From an uncultured archaeon (GTDB lineage: Archaea > Altiarchaeota > Altiarchaeia > IMC4 > SCGC-AAA252-I15), in NCBI GenBank assembly GCA_902384455.1, contig CABMCB010000092.1, positions 316 through 64,315 on the forward strand: a stretch of 64,000 nucleotides of DNA. The letters run 5' to 3'. The notes beneath the pieces were generated by a model. That model was not told the DNA's origin and did no database searches. It was given only the letters and a program-made list of their open reading frames with translations. The translations under genes were made by a program, and so were the position numbers. Every line of letters begins with the position of its first letter. Positions within the stretch are counted from its first letter, which is position 1. Shown here in pieces: positions 25,784 through 36,080 of the stretch.

Positions 25784-26611
25784 TTAAAGAGACTGCCTGT
25801 TCACGCACGCTTCTTTCTCAATCAGCGACTCTATCATGCTGCCTGTTCTGTACCCTGAGACGTCGAGCGTCACATAGACGAACCCGGCGTTCCTCAGGTT
25901 TTCCGTTACGTCCTGCCTTTTAGACAGCAGCATCTGGAAGTCGTCCGGCCTGACTTCTATCCGCGCTATGTCTCCGTGGCTTCTAACTCGCACCTGCTTT
26001 ATTCCAAGGGACTTGAGGTAAGCCTCAGATTCCTCTATCCGCTCCAGCTTTTTAGGGGTAATCTCTTCGCCGAAAGGTATTCTGCTTGCCAGACACGCGT
26101 CCGACGGCTTTGCCGCCACAGGCAGACGAAGCTTCTTGGCCAGACGGCGAACTTCCTCCTTGGTGAAACCGATTTCTGCGAGAGGAGACAAAACGCCCCT
26201 CTCCTTTACCGCGTCGAATCCGGGCCTGTGACCGTTAAGCTCATCGGCGTTTGTCCCTTCCACTATGGCGTTGAATCCTCCGGATATGGCAAGAAGCCGC
26301 ATTTCATCTGAAAGCATCCCCTTGCAATGGTAGCATCGGTCAGTCGGATTCCTTGCGAAATCAGGGTTCTTGAGCTCGTTGTGCTTCAGCACAGTATGCC
26401 TTATGCCAATTGACGCCGCCACCTCACGCGCCTCAGCAAGAGCGATTTTAGACAAAGTAGGAGAATCCAACGTCGCAGCAACAGCGTTATCGCCCAACTC
26501 CTCATGAGCTATTTTAGCCAAAACGCTGCTGTCAACTCCGCCGCTAAAAGCCACAATAACACGGCCTAAACCTCCTATTTTTTTGCGCAGCGCCTTCTCT
26601 TTTACGTCCAT
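25784..26611 (-). CDS. PP-loop ATP pyrophosphatase, LarE/TIGR00268-like
   Basis: SGGVDSS PP-loop motif, with downstream Cys residues as in LarE-like sulfur transferases. Confidence 0.65.
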   Translation of the reverse strand: MDVKEKALRKKIGGLGRVIVAFSGGVDSSVLAKIAHEELGDNAVAATLDSPTLSKIALAEAREVAASIGIRHTVLKHNELKNPDFARNPTDRCYHCKGMLSDEMRLLAISGGFNAIVEGTNADELNGHRPGFDAVKERGVLSPLAEIGFTKEEVRRLAKKLRLPVAAKPSDACLASRIPFGEEITPKKLERIEESEAYLKSLGIKQVRVRSHGDIARIEVRPDDFQMLLSKRQDVTENLRNAGFVYVTLDVSGYRTGSMIESLIEKEACVNRQSL

Positions 26612-26664
26612 TACTGTTTTTTACCTCGCGGATTATTGTTTATGTAGTCGCAACTAAAAGCAGA

Positions 26665-27927
26665 ATGGCCAACTCTCGACTTTCCGGCTTCTACAAGCTT
26701 CCGCCGCATGAACGATTGTCGCTCGTAGTCAAAGAGTGCGCTCTCACGAAGGAGGAGTCGGATTCGCTGTCCGGCATAGGACTGTCTGTTTCACAGGCAG
26801 ACCGGATGATTGAAAACGTGGTGGGCCTCTACAGTCTTCCAGTCGGGATTGCCACGAATTTTCTCATTAACGGCCGGGATTATATTGTGCCGATGGTTGT
26901 GGAGGAGCCGTCTGTGGTTGCTGCGGCGAGCAATTCGGCGCGCATAGCGCGCGAGGGGGGAGGTTTTAAGGCTGAGACGACTGACCCGGTGATGATAGGC
27001 CAGATTCAGGTTATAGGATTGGTTGATGCTAAGGAGGCTGCTGAAATTGTTTTGTCGCATAAGCAGGAGATTGTTGATTTCTGCAATCAGCAGGACAGCA
27101 TCCTTGTGAAGTTCGGCGGAGGTTGCCGGGACGTGGAGGCCCGCGTGATTGACACTAAAGGCGGGAAGATGCTTATAGTCCATATTCTTGTGGACGTCCG
27201 CGACGCCATGGGCGCAAACGCCATTAACACTATGGCCGAGCGTGTGGCGCCTAAGATTGAGGAGTGGACGGGCGGAAAGGTTCTTTTGAGGATTATAAGC
27301 AACCTTGCAGTCTATCGTCTTGCTCGCTCTAAAGCGGTGTTTCCGGCGAAGGAGTTGGGCGGGGAGGAAGTCGTGGACGCGATACTTAACGCTTACTGGT
27401 TCGCTGAAGCAGACCCCTTCAGGGGCGCAACGCACAACAAGGGGATTATGAACGGGATTTCAGCTGTGACAGTCGCAACAGGCAACGACTGGAGAGCGGT
27501 TGAGGCCGGAGCGCACTCGTACGCTTCATTCAAACACCACAGGTACACGACTCTTTCTCATTATGAGAAGGACAAGAACGGAGACCTCGTCGGCACTATA
27601 GAGCTTCCTCTTGCGGTGGGGCTTGTTGGCGGCGCAACCAAAATTCATCCGACAGCGCGCGCAAACGTCAGGATACTCGGCGTCAAAAGCGCGGCTGAAC
27701 TATCTCAAGTCATCGCCTCAGTCGGGCTCGCTCAAAACCTTGCGGCACTTCGCGCGCTCGCGACTGAAGGCATACAGAAGGGCCATATGAGATTGCACGC
27801 GCGCAACGTTGCTGCGACCGCAGGCGCCGAAGGCGACGACGTGGAGGAAGTGGCGCGTTTAATCTACGAAGCCAAGAAGGTGAACGTGGAGTACGCCAAA
27901 GAAGTTCTCGCCAACCTGAAGAAGTGA
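26665..27927 (+). CDS. hmgA: HMG-CoA reductase, class II type
   Basis: 420 aa, with the length and motifs of class II HMGR (PVGIATNF, EEPSVVAAASN, GGGxRD). Confidence 0.8.
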   Translation: MANSRLSGFYKLPPHERLSLVVKECALTKEESDSLSGIGLSVSQADRMIENVVGLYSLPVGIATNFLINGRDYIVPMVVEEPSVVAAASNSARIAREGGGFKAETTDPVMIGQIQVIGLVDAKEAAEIVLSHKQEIVDFCNQQDSILVKFGGGCRDVEARVIDTKGGKMLIVHILVDVRDAMGANAINTMAERVAPKIEEWTGGKVLLRIISNLAVYRLARSKAVFPAKELGGEEVVDAILNAYWFAEADPFRGATHNKGIMNGISAVTVATGNDWRAVEAGAHSYASFKHHRYTTLSHYEKDKNGDLVGTIELPLAVGLVGGATKIHPTARANVRILGVKSAAELSQVIASVGLAQNLAALRALATEGIQKGHMRLHARNVAATAGAEGDDVEEVARLIYEAKKVNVEYAKEVLANLKK

Positions 27928-28265
27928 AGTACCATATTGAAGAGACGTACAAAGGAGCAGGCTCCTGGATATGCGGCGACGGAATAAGAGGCCTCCATGA
28001 GTTGGCTAAACGCGTGGATGAGGCAGGCATATCAGACATCGGGGATTTGCCTGAGCCGCTTGCTTTCAGGAAACTTAGTATCAGGAAAACGCGGTTCACG
28101 CCGCCTGAATCTGGCCTTCCGCTTAACGCCCTGCAGGTGTCAAGCGAGGGCAAGGATCTTTATTACGTCGTGAAATCGGAAAGAGGGTTGGGGGTCTACT
28201 TGCGCATAGAGGAACTTGACAAGCCGGTCAAGATTGCGGAAGTCGTCCCTAAGGAGTCTCATTGA
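27924..28265 (+). CDS. Hypothetical protein
   Basis: The 113 aa ORF overlaps the hmgA stop by 4 nt. I recognised no domain. Confidence 0.35.
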   Translation: MKYHIEETYKGAGSWICGDGIRGLHELAKRVDEAGISDIGDLPEPLAFRKLSIRKTRFTPPESGLPLNALQVSSEGKDLYYVVKSERGLGVYLRIEELDKPVKIAEVVPKESH

Positions 28266-28301
28266 CTTATTAACTTTTTCCCCCAAAATTAGCCTCACAT
28301 T

Positions 28302-29744
28302 ATGCAGCCTAAGACTTTGTTTGAGAAAATCTGGGACGCTCATGCGGTAACTGAGGTGGACGGCGAGACCTTGCTCTACGTCGACACTCACCTGGTGCAC
28401 GAAGTAACAAGCCCGCAGGCATTCGACGGGCTGCGCGCAAACCACAGGAAAGTCCGCCGGCCAGACGCGACTTTCGCAGTTCAAGACCATAACGTCCCCA
28501 CGATAAACCGCGACAAGCCAATCGCAGACCCAATAAGTCGCGCTCAAATCGAGGCCTTAAGGAAAAACTGCAAAGACTTCGGAGTCCGCCTGTTCGACTT
28601 GGACGACGTACGGCAGGGAATAATACACGTCATAGGCCCCGAACAAGGAATCACATTGCCTGGGACGACAATAGTCTGCGGGGATTCCCATACCGCAACC
28701 CACGGAGCATTCGGCTCAATCGCATTCGGCATTGGCACAAGCGAAGTGGAACACGTCCTAGCCACGCAAACCATAATCGAAGAGCAGCCTGAAACCATGG
28801 CCATAAACATTGACGGCGAACTGGACGCAGGCGTCACACCCAAAGACGTCATATTGAACATAATCGGCGCCATAGGAACAGACGGAGCAACAGGCTACGC
28901 CGTGGAATACCAAGGCGAAACAATACAGAAAATGAGCATGGAAGGGCGGATGACAGTCTGCAACATGACAATAGAAGCCGGCGGAAGATTCGGTTTGATT
29001 GCACCCGACGAAACAACATTCAACTACCTATATGGGAGGCCTTTCGCGCCTAACGGCGATTTGTGGGAGAATGCGGTTTCTTACTGGAGGGCTTTGCCTT
29101 CAGATGATGAGGCGGAGTTTGACCGCCAGATTTTCTTGCGCGCAGAGGAGATGGCGCCTATGGTCACTTGGGGTACTAATCCCGCGCAGGTTATGCCTAT
29201 AGACGGCAGCGTGCCAGACCCATCGATTTTCACCAACCCTGCGGACCGTGAGACTGCGATTCGCGCGTTGAAGTACATGGACTTGAAGCCCGGCACACCC
29301 ATGGAAGACATCAGGATAGACCGCGTATTCATAGGAAGCTGCACTAATGCCCGAATAGAAGACTTGAGGGAAGCCGCCGAATACTTGAAAGGCAAAACCG
29401 TCGCCAAAGGAGTGGATGCTATGGTGGTGCCAGGAAGCGGTTTGGTGAAAAAGCAAGCTGAAAAAGAAGGCTTGGATAAAATATTCAAGGACGCGGGTTT
29501 CAGCTGGCGCGAAGCAGGATGCAGCATGTGCCTATGAATGAACCCGGACATACTAAAGCCGGGACAACGCTGCGCCGCAACAAGCAACAGAAACTTCGAA
29601 GGACGCCAAGGAAAAGGAGGAAGAACACACCTAGTCTCACCCATAATGGCGGCGGCAGCAGCGGTCGCAGGCCGCTTCGTCGACGTAAGGCAGAAAGCAA
29701 AGCAGAAGAAGCCGGACAAAAAACTGGAGGCTTCGGGGTACTAA
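28302..29744 (+). CDS. leuC: 3-isopropylmalate dehydratase / homoaconitase large subunit, interrupted by an in-frame TGA at 29535-29537
   Basis: The aconitase-family large subunit is intact across two contiguous same-frame ORFs (28302..29537 and 29538..29744): ...GCSMCL[TGA][35 protein letters not shown].... The stop replaces the conserved small residue (Gly/Ala) of the CSMCLxMN motif. Confidence 0.75.
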
Positions 29745-29745
29745 A

Positions 29746-30354
29746 ATGGAACCATTCACTTCGCACACGGGGAAGGCCGCGCCGCTACTTAAGGCGAACG
29801 TGGACACAGATCAGATTATTCCCAAACAATTCCTCAAGCGCCTGACTAAAACCGGCTATGAAGACGGATTGTTTTACGACTGGCGATTTAAGGAAGACGG
29901 AAAAACCCTCAACCCCGATTTCGTCCTAAATAAGCCGCAGTTCAAGAACGCAAGTATTCTCATCGCAGGCGAAAATTTCGGAGGCGGAAGCAGCCGGGAA
30001 CACGCAGTCTGGGCGCTAAAAGACTACGGATTCAAAACAGTCATCGCACCCGAATTCGCAGACATATTCCATAACAACAGCACAAAAAACGGCCTACTAC
30101 TAATCACACTACCCGTCGAAGAAGTTGAGGAATTGGCGTACCAAGCAGAAAAAGGCCTGACATTGACAATAGACCTACCCAACCAGACAGTCAAAACACC
30201 AAACAAAACCATTTCATTCCAAATCGACGAAAACACCAAACACAAAATCCTCACAGGCGAAGACGAAATAGCCTCCACACTAAAACACGCCAACGAAATA
30301 GAAGCCTTTGAAGCGGAACACAAAAAGAAAGAACCGTGGGTTTTCGGAAGATAA
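29746..30354 (+). CDS. leuD: 3-isopropylmalate dehydratase small subunit, long bacterial-type form
   Basis: 202 aa beginning MEPFTSHTGKAAPLLKANVDTDQIIPKQFLK, which resembles the long LeuD of bacteria rather than the ~165 aa archaeal form. Confidence 0.8.
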   Translation: MEPFTSHTGKAAPLLKANVDTDQIIPKQFLKRLTKTGYEDGLFYDWRFKEDGKTLNPDFVLNKPQFKNASILIAGENFGGGSSREHAVWALKDYGFKTVIAPEFADIFHNNSTKNGLLLITLPVEEVEELAYQAEKGLTLTIDLPNQTVKTPNKTISFQIDENTKHKILTGEDEIASTLKHANEIEAFEAEHKKKEPWVFGR

Positions 30355-30468
30355 GTCATTAGTAAAATACGCTCAGGGAACTCCTTTTGTGCATGAGGGA
30401 ATTTTTAGGCGAAGCCGCCTAATCGCCAAGATTTAAATACGCGGGTATATTACGCTTAGTGGTAGAAG

Positions 30469-31137
30469 ATGACCCCCTTAAAATTTCTAAGACGGCATTG
30501 GCACGATATTGGTATTTTTTCGGCAGTGGCCGCAGGGGCCTACCTGATATCTGCGTGGAATGAGCTGGTCTTTTTACAAAAACTTCTTATTCTCAACTTT
30601 ATTGCCGTTCTTATCCACCAATTTGAAGAATACAGTTGGCCGGGCGGATTTCCGGCGATTGCGAATAAAGTTTTTATGCCAAGTTTAAAATTAGACCGCT
30701 TTCTGAACCCGCTGAACCAGAATTCGTCCATGGTGGCTAACCTTATTTTTGCATACGGGTTCTTCTTGCTTCCAGTGTTTTTCCCAAACGTGATTTGGCT
30801 AGGTTTAGCGCCTGTCCTTGTCGGCTTTGTTCAATTCATCGGCCACGCCATTTATGTAAACCTGAAGCTAAAATCTTTCTATAGCCCTGGCGTTGCCTCC
30901 ATTATTTTTGGTTGGATCCCAATCGGCGTGGTATACATATATTACATTCAAGCAAACAGTATGGTGAACTTGTGGGATTGGCTGCTTGCAGTGGTGTGGG
31001 CGGCTGTCTCCATGCTCCTCATTTTTTATATAATTGAACAAAAATTGCTCGGCAGCAAAAACTCGCCTTATCCCTTCGACCCAGATGAAATGAAACGCTT
31101 CGACGTTGAGAAGAAACTTGAGCTTGCCAGACGATAA
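30469..31137 (+). CDS. HXXEE-domain membrane protein
   Basis: Multi-TM protein with an IHQFEEY motif. Confidence 0.55.
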   Translation: MTPLKFLRRHWHDIGIFSAVAAGAYLISAWNELVFLQKLLILNFIAVLIHQFEEYSWPGGFPAIANKVFMPSLKLDRFLNPLNQNSSMVANLIFAYGFFLLPVFFPNVIWLGLAPVLVGFVQFIGHAIYVNLKLKSFYSPGVASIIFGWIPIGVVYIYYIQANSMVNLWDWLLAVVWAAVSMLLIFYIIEQKLLGSKNSPYPFDPDEMKRFDVEKKLELARR

Positions 31138-31160
31138 TGGGATAAAAGAAAAAATAAAGC

Positions 31161-32162
31161 ATGAAAGTTGTCTCAATCAATAATCTGTCAAAAGACTTTA
31201 ACGGTTTAAAGGCTGTCGACAACATCAGCTTTAGCGTTGAAGAGGGAGATGTTTTCGGCTTTCTCGGACCGAACGGAGCAGGCAAGACAACCACGATTTC
31301 TATGCTGGTGACATTGCTCAAGCCAACTTCGGGAGACGCGTTTGTAAATGGTTTCAACATTAATACTGAGAAAGATGGCGTGCGAAAATCAATTGGAATC
31401 GTCTTCCAAGACCCAAGTCTCGATGAGGAGTTAACGGCATATCAAAACATGGACTTCCACGGCAGGTTGTACAAGATTCCGAAAGAAGTCCGTGAGAGAC
31501 GGGTTCTTGAACTATTAAAGCTGGTCGAGCTTGACAATCGGAAGAACGACCTTGTTAAGACGTTTTCAGGCGGCATGCGGCGTCGCCTTGAGATTGCAAG
31601 GGGTTTACTTCACGAGCCTAAAGTGCTGTTTCTGGATGAACCCACGCTTGGGCTTGACCCGCAGACTCGAAATCACATTTGGGAGTACATACAAAAGCTT
31701 AACGAACGCAAGAAGACCACCATTATCCTGACTACTCATTATATGGACGAAGCCGACCGGTTGTGCAATCGCGTGGCAATCATTGATCACGGCAGAATAA
31801 TCGCCGTGAACACTCCGCAGCATCTGAAGGAGAGTATCGGAGGCGATGTCATAACCATTCGAACTCATGATGGCAGCAGGCTTCTAACAATCGTGGAGAA
31901 TGCCAAATGGGTGACCGGCGCTAAAGAGCATGATGGGCATGTAACGCTTAATGTAAAAGACGCTGAAGAGGATGTTGCAAAACTCATAACTCTTCTAGGC
32001 GACAAAAAAATCAGAATCATGTCAGTAACCATCAACAAGCCGACGCTTGAAGACGTGTTCTTGCACTACACAGGCAACACCATCCGCGAGGAGGAGATGA
32101 CTGGAACAGATGCAGTTCACATGAGATACCACATGTGGCAAAGTATCAATAGGAATAAATAA
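31161..32162 (+). CDS. ABC transporter ATP-binding protein (ABC-2/DrrA-like)
   Basis: Walker A GPNGAGKTT, signature FSGGMRRRL and Walker B LFLDEPT. Confidence 0.85.
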   Translation: MKVVSINNLSKDFNGLKAVDNISFSVEEGDVFGFLGPNGAGKTTTISMLVTLLKPTSGDAFVNGFNINTEKDGVRKSIGIVFQDPSLDEELTAYQNMDFHGRLYKIPKEVRERRVLELLKLVELDNRKNDLVKTFSGGMRRRLEIARGLLHEPKVLFLDEPTLGLDPQTRNHIWEYIQKLNERKKTTIILTTHYMDEADRLCNRVAIIDHGRIIAVNTPQHLKESIGGDVITIRTHDGSRLLTIVENAKWVTGAKEHDGHVTLNVKDAEEDVAKLITLLGDKKIRIMSVTINKPTLEDVFLHYTGNTIREEEMTGTDAVHMRYHMWQSINRNK

Positions 32163-32163
32163 A

Positions 32164-32919
32164 ATGCTGGATGTAATTTATGTGTTATGGCTTAGGAACG
32201 TGCTTCGTTACATACAGTCTAAAAGCAGAATCATCGCACTCCTCGGAATGCCACTTTTCTTCCTCATCATCCTAGGGTTTGGATTGAATCCGGTCATGAA
32301 CATACCAGTCCAACAAAACGGCTACAAAGGATTTGTGATTCCCGGAGTTGTTGCCATGAGCGTCCTCTTCATGTCCATATTTTCAGGCGTACAAATTATC
32401 TGGGACAAGCAAGTCGGATTCATAAAGGAAACCCTCATAGCCCCGGTCACAAGGCTAGAAATCATGGTCGGCCAGACGCTCGGCGGCGCCACAACTGCAA
32501 TAATACAAGGACTTCTGACTCTCATCATAGCCGTCTTATTCTCAGGAATCACCGTTTTTTCGCCATACGGATTCTGCGTTGCACTAGTATTCATGATGCT
32601 TGTCGGCATATCGTTCACAGCGCTCGGCATAGCATTCTCATCGCAGATGGAAGACACACAAGTATTCCAACTTATAATGAGCTTTGTCATCTTCCCCATC
32701 TTCGGCCTTTCAGGAGCCCTCTTCCCCATAAGCACGCTACCCTCCTGGATGAAGTTTCTCACCTACCTTGACCCCCTCACCTACGGCGTGGAAGGAATAA
32801 GATGGGGCCTCTTCGGGCAGTCTGCAATAAACCCGGTCACAAGCTTTATCGTCCTTTCGGCTTTCACAGCAGTCACGGTGACAGTAGGGCAACACCTCTT
32901 CAAGAGCATAAAAATATAA
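32164..32919 (+). CDS. ABC-2 type transporter permease
   Basis: 251 aa with six TM helices. Its start is 2 nt after the ATPase stop. Confidence 0.8.
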   Translation: MLDVIYVLWLRNVLRYIQSKSRIIALLGMPLFFLIILGFGLNPVMNIPVQQNGYKGFVIPGVVAMSVLFMSIFSGVQIIWDKQVGFIKETLIAPVTRLEIMVGQTLGGATTAIIQGLLTLIIAVLFSGITVFSPYGFCVALVFMMLVGISFTALGIAFSSQMEDTQVFQLIMSFVIFPIFGLSGALFPISTLPSWMKFLTYLDPLTYGVEGIRWGLFGQSAINPVTSFIVLSAFTAVTVTVGQHLFKSIKI

Positions 32920-32981
32920 AACAATAAGGCTTGTGTCAAACTGCTGTTGAATTTAATATTATGCTGTGGAAGCAATTTTTC

Positions 32982-33257
32982 TTAGTTTTGTGATTGTTTG
33001 TATATGTTGTCGTGGTGGTCATAATCCTCTATTACGACGGTTTTTGTTTTTTCGTTGATTGAGTATGTGAGGACGAAGTTTTTGTCTATGTGAACTCTTT
33101 TGAGGTTTTGAAGTGGGGCTTTGAGGTTTTTATAGTGCTGCGGGTTTATGCGGATTTCCTCTATCTTTTTCCCTATTATTTCAAGTTGCTTCGGATTCTT
33201 TTTAGAAAGCTTGCGAAAGATTTCTTCGACACTTTTGCGAATTTCACAGGAGTACAT
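32982..33257 (-). CDS. RelE/ParE-superfamily type II toxin
   Basis: 91 aa with a KNFVLTYSINEKTKTVVIEDYDHH RelE/YoeB-like C-terminal fold motif. It lies immediately downstream of a small partner gene. Confidence 0.65.
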   Translation of the reverse strand: MYSCEIRKSVEEIFRKLSKKNPKQLEIIGKKIEEIRINPQHYKNLKAPLQNLKRVHIDKNFVLTYSINEKTKTVVIEDYDHHDNIYKQSQN

Positions 33258-33258
33258 A

Positions 33259-33492
33259 CTATTTCAGGCCGAATTGCTTCTTGAAGTCGGTTACTTTCAC
33301 AGTCGGCTCTTTCTGGCGGGCCATCATCTTTTCTATGAACTCGGGCCTAAGTTGCGGCTCAAGTAGGGAGGCGCCGTATTCCAATACGACGTATTCTATA
33401 GCCTGCGACTTATCCTTAAGGTTGTGTTTCGCTTTCACAACGTTCAGCACTTGATTCGCGTCCTTTGATATGTTCACCATAGCTTGAACCAT
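33259..33492 (-). CDS. Putative antitoxin
   Basis: 77 aa. Its stop is 1 nt from the toxin start, the classic antitoxin-toxin operon order. Confidence 0.5.
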   Translation of the reverse strand: MVQAMVNISKDANQVLNVVKAKHNLKDKSQAIEYVVLEYGASLLEPQLRPEFIEKMMARQKEPTVKVTDFKKQFGLK

Positions 33493-33585
33493 ATATTACA
33501 CCTATATTTGGTATATATTCTATGTATATAAATGTGCTGCGGGGACTTCTAGCAGCCCGTCACATGAACGCTGTTAATGCCGGAG

Positions 33586-33951
33586 TTATTTCTTTTGTTT
33601 CCATTTTCCGGCGGCCAAGGGTAGGATGAACGTTAATGCGTAGTATATGTATACGTCTATTTTGTAGTATCCGTCTGTTGGGTTGAGCATCTTGATTATG
33701 AAGAGGTAGTCGAGTACGACGGCGATTAAAGTCCAGAAGACTGCGAGTTTTAGGTAGTATTTGAGGTCTGTTGCTTTGATTTTCGCAAGCAGCACCCAGA
33801 GAGTTATTATTGTGCCTATCGGGAGTATGGCCCAGCCGATTAGTTGAGTGGGCAGTAGGAAGTAGAATATGAATCCGAGTATGTAGCCTATGAGCCAGAG
33901 CAGTATTCCCCAACCTAACTTGTCCTTAAGGATTTGCTTGTTGAGTGCCAC
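33586..33951 (-). CDS. Hypothetical 4-TM membrane protein
   Basis: 121 aa, strongly hydrophobic. Confidence 0.4.
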   Translation of the reverse strand: MALNKQILKDKLGWGILLWLIGYILGFIFYFLLPTQLIGWAILPIGTIITLWVLLAKIKATDLKYYLKLAVFWTLIAVVLDYLFIIKMLNPTDGYYKIDVYIYYALTFILPLAAGKWKQKK

Positions 33952-34064
33952 GTTAATTCTGCGGCAGACGCAGGTAAAAGCCGATTAATGAGACGGTCGC
34001 GTGGTTTTTTAAGGGCTTACAGCAGAAGGTAATACGGGTTAAACGTTGTTTACCCGCGGAGAAA

Positions 34065-34826
34065 ATGAAAATTAATTACGGTTGGATTACGCCCGCTTTG
34101 GCGGTCGCCTTGTTTTGTCTTTCAGTTGCTGCATCAGCTTCAATGATTATTCCGGCAAACGACAACGCGAAGGAGAATTCACGAGGTCCTGCGCACTCCC
34201 CGGTTATAGACGACCAATGGAGCCTTGAGAGGGTGGATTTTATACACTACGCTAAGCCTCCGCAGCAGGGCGGCGGGCCTAAAACTGACGTCTGCTATAA
34301 GTTGATGGGTGTGAAGTGGACTTCTCTTCCTGCGACATACATTATTAACCCCACCAATCCGCAGGGTTTGATGCCTGCGTTTGTGACTTCCGCGGTATCT
34401 GCGGGGGCTGAAACATGGGATGCGGCCACTTCAACCGAGTTGTTTAACAATGCGTATTCAATTGATTCTTCCGTTCAATATGGCGTCCAGGATTACAAGA
34501 ACGCCATCGCGTTTGGGGATTACCCTGACGGCAATGTGATTGCCATAACTTCAGTCTGGTTCACCAGAAAAGGAAGTAAAATCGTCGAGTTCGACATGCT
34601 CTTCAACACAAAATACGTCTGGGGCGACTCCGCGGTCAACCCCTCCGTCATGGACCTTGAGAACATAGCCACACACGAGCTGGGCCACAGCATAGGCTTA
34701 AGCGACATCTACAGCACCTCCTGCAGCACTGTGACGATGTACGGTTACTCGAATTACGGAGAAACGCAAAAGAGGTCTCTTGAGCAGGCGGACGTTACGG
34801 GACTGCAAAAGATGTACGGAGCATAA
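34065..34826 (+). CDS. Secreted matrixin-like zinc metalloprotease (metzincin, M10-like)
   Basis: Signal peptide, the HELGHSIGLSD (HExxHxxGxxH) motif and a Met-turn (TMYGY). Confidence 0.75.
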   Translation: MKINYGWITPALAVALFCLSVAASASMIIPANDNAKENSRGPAHSPVIDDQWSLERVDFIHYAKPPQQGGGPKTDVCYKLMGVKWTSLPATYIINPTNPQGLMPAFVTSAVSAGAETWDAATSTELFNNAYSIDSSVQYGVQDYKNAIAFGDYPDGNVIAITSVWFTRKGSKIVEFDMLFNTKYVWGDSAVNPSVMDLENIATHELGHSIGLSDIYSTSCSTVTMYGYSNYGETQKRSLEQADVTGLQKMYGA

Positions 34827-34862
34827 ATACCGGATAAACGAAAGGTATAGGAAGGTGATTTA

Positions 34863-35441
34863 ATGGCTAAGTCGTTGAAGGGAACACAAACGGAAAAGAA
34901 CTTGCTTGCCGCTTTCGCCGGCGAGTCTCAGGCTCGAAACAGATACACTTATTTTGCGGGCGCGGCCAGGAAGGCTGGTTTTGAGCAGATAGCCAACGTC
35001 TTTATGGAGACCGCTGAGAATGAGAGGGAGCACGCTAAGGTTTTCTTTAAGTTGCTTGAGGGAGGAGACGTTTCATTCACTGCGTCCTATCCCGCCGGAG
35101 TTATCGGCGACACCAAAGCGAATTTGCTTGCCGCCGCTAACGGCGAAAATATGGAGTGGACGACTATTTACTCCGACTTCGCCAAAACAGCAAGAAACGA
35201 AGGGCTTAATGAGGCGGCGGTTGCGTTTGAGCAGATTAGTAAAGTCGAAAAGTTTCATGAGGCGCGTTACCGTTCGCTTCTTGCGAGCGTTGAAAAAGAC
35301 GCGATCTTCAGGAAGCAGGAGGTGGTTAAGTGGCATTGCCTCAACTGCGGCTACGTTCACGAGGGAACAACTGCGCCCACGCAATGCCCCGCATGCAAGC
35401 ATCCGCAGGCGTTCTTCGAAGTCCTCGCGGAAAACTATTAA
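34863..35441 (+). CDS. rbr: Rubrerythrin
   Basis: A ferritin-like diiron domain (EAENEREH..) plus a C-terminal rubredoxin-like CxxC..CxxC (WHCLNCGY...CPACKHP). Confidence 0.85.
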   Translation: MAKSLKGTQTEKNLLAAFAGESQARNRYTYFAGAARKAGFEQIANVFMETAENEREHAKVFFKLLEGGDVSFTASYPAGVIGDTKANLLAAANGENMEWTTIYSDFAKTARNEGLNEAAVAFEQISKVEKFHEARYRSLLASVEKDAIFRKQEVVKWHCLNCGYVHEGTTAPTQCPACKHPQAFFEVLAENY

Positions 35442-35466
35442 GGCTAAACAGTTCGCGCAGGCAAGA

Positions 35467-36063
35467 ATGGCAATAACTAAAAAATCTTTGGGGCCCAAGG
35501 CGGTTGTTTTTCCAACGCCGGTGTTTGTGGTAGGAACATACGATAAGCTGGGCAGGCCAAACGTTATGACTGCGGCCTGGGGCGGCATATGCTGCTCCAG
35601 TCCTCCGGCTGTTTGCGTGTCTTTGCGCAAGGCGACTTACTCTTACCGCAACATACTTGAGAAGAAGGCGTTTACGGTGAACATTCCTTCGGAGGAGCTG
35701 ATGAAGGAGGCCGATTTTTTCGGTTTGACTTCTGGGAGGGATGTTGATAAGTTTTCTGCCGCTGGAATCAAGCCGGTAAGAAGCGATTTGGTTGATGCGC
35801 CCTACATACAGGAGTTTCCTCTCACGCTGGAATGCAAGCTGGTAAACTTCACTGATTTGGGGTTGCACACTCAGTTTGTAGGGGAGGTTATGGACGTCAA
35901 AGCGGACGAGCGCATAATGGAGAAAGGCAAATTGAGCATTGAAAAGATTAAGCCGCTTGTTTTCGACCCTGAGGCAGGCAGGTATTACGCTTTGGGGAAG
36001 TACGTGGGGAAAGCATTCAAGACGGGGGAGATATTCAGCATGCCGCGCGATAAGATGGAGTAG
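35467..36063 (+). CDS. Flavin reductase-like domain protein (flavoredoxin family)
   Basis: The real start is the ATG at 35467 (MAITKKSLGPKAVVFPTPVFVVGTYD...). The listed ORF 35020..36063 has a 149 aa N-terminal extension that overlaps rubrerythrin in another frame. Confidence 0.7.
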   Translation: MAITKKSLGPKAVVFPTPVFVVGTYDKLGRPNVMTAAWGGICCSSPPAVCVSLRKATYSYRNILEKKAFTVNIPSEELMKEADFFGLTSGRDVDKFSAAGIKPVRSDLVDAPYIQEFPLTLECKLVNFTDLGLHTQFVGEVMDVKADERIMEKGKLSIEKIKPLVFDPEAGRYYALGKYVGKAFKTGEIFSMPRDKME

Positions 36064-36080
36064 TGATGGCGGCAGGTTGC

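Noticed and set aside
29535-29537. Selenocysteine or genetic-code reassignment at the leuC TGA
   Set aside because: TGA functions as a terminator for neighbouring genes. The position is a conserved Gly/Ala, not a Cys/Sec site, and no SECIS-like structure is evident. A point error or pseudogene is more parsimonious.
35020-35466. The N-terminal 149 aa of listed ORF 35020..36063
   Set aside because: It overlaps the rubrerythrin gene in another frame with a basic low-complexity sequence. The homologous flavin-reductase domain begins at ATG 35467.
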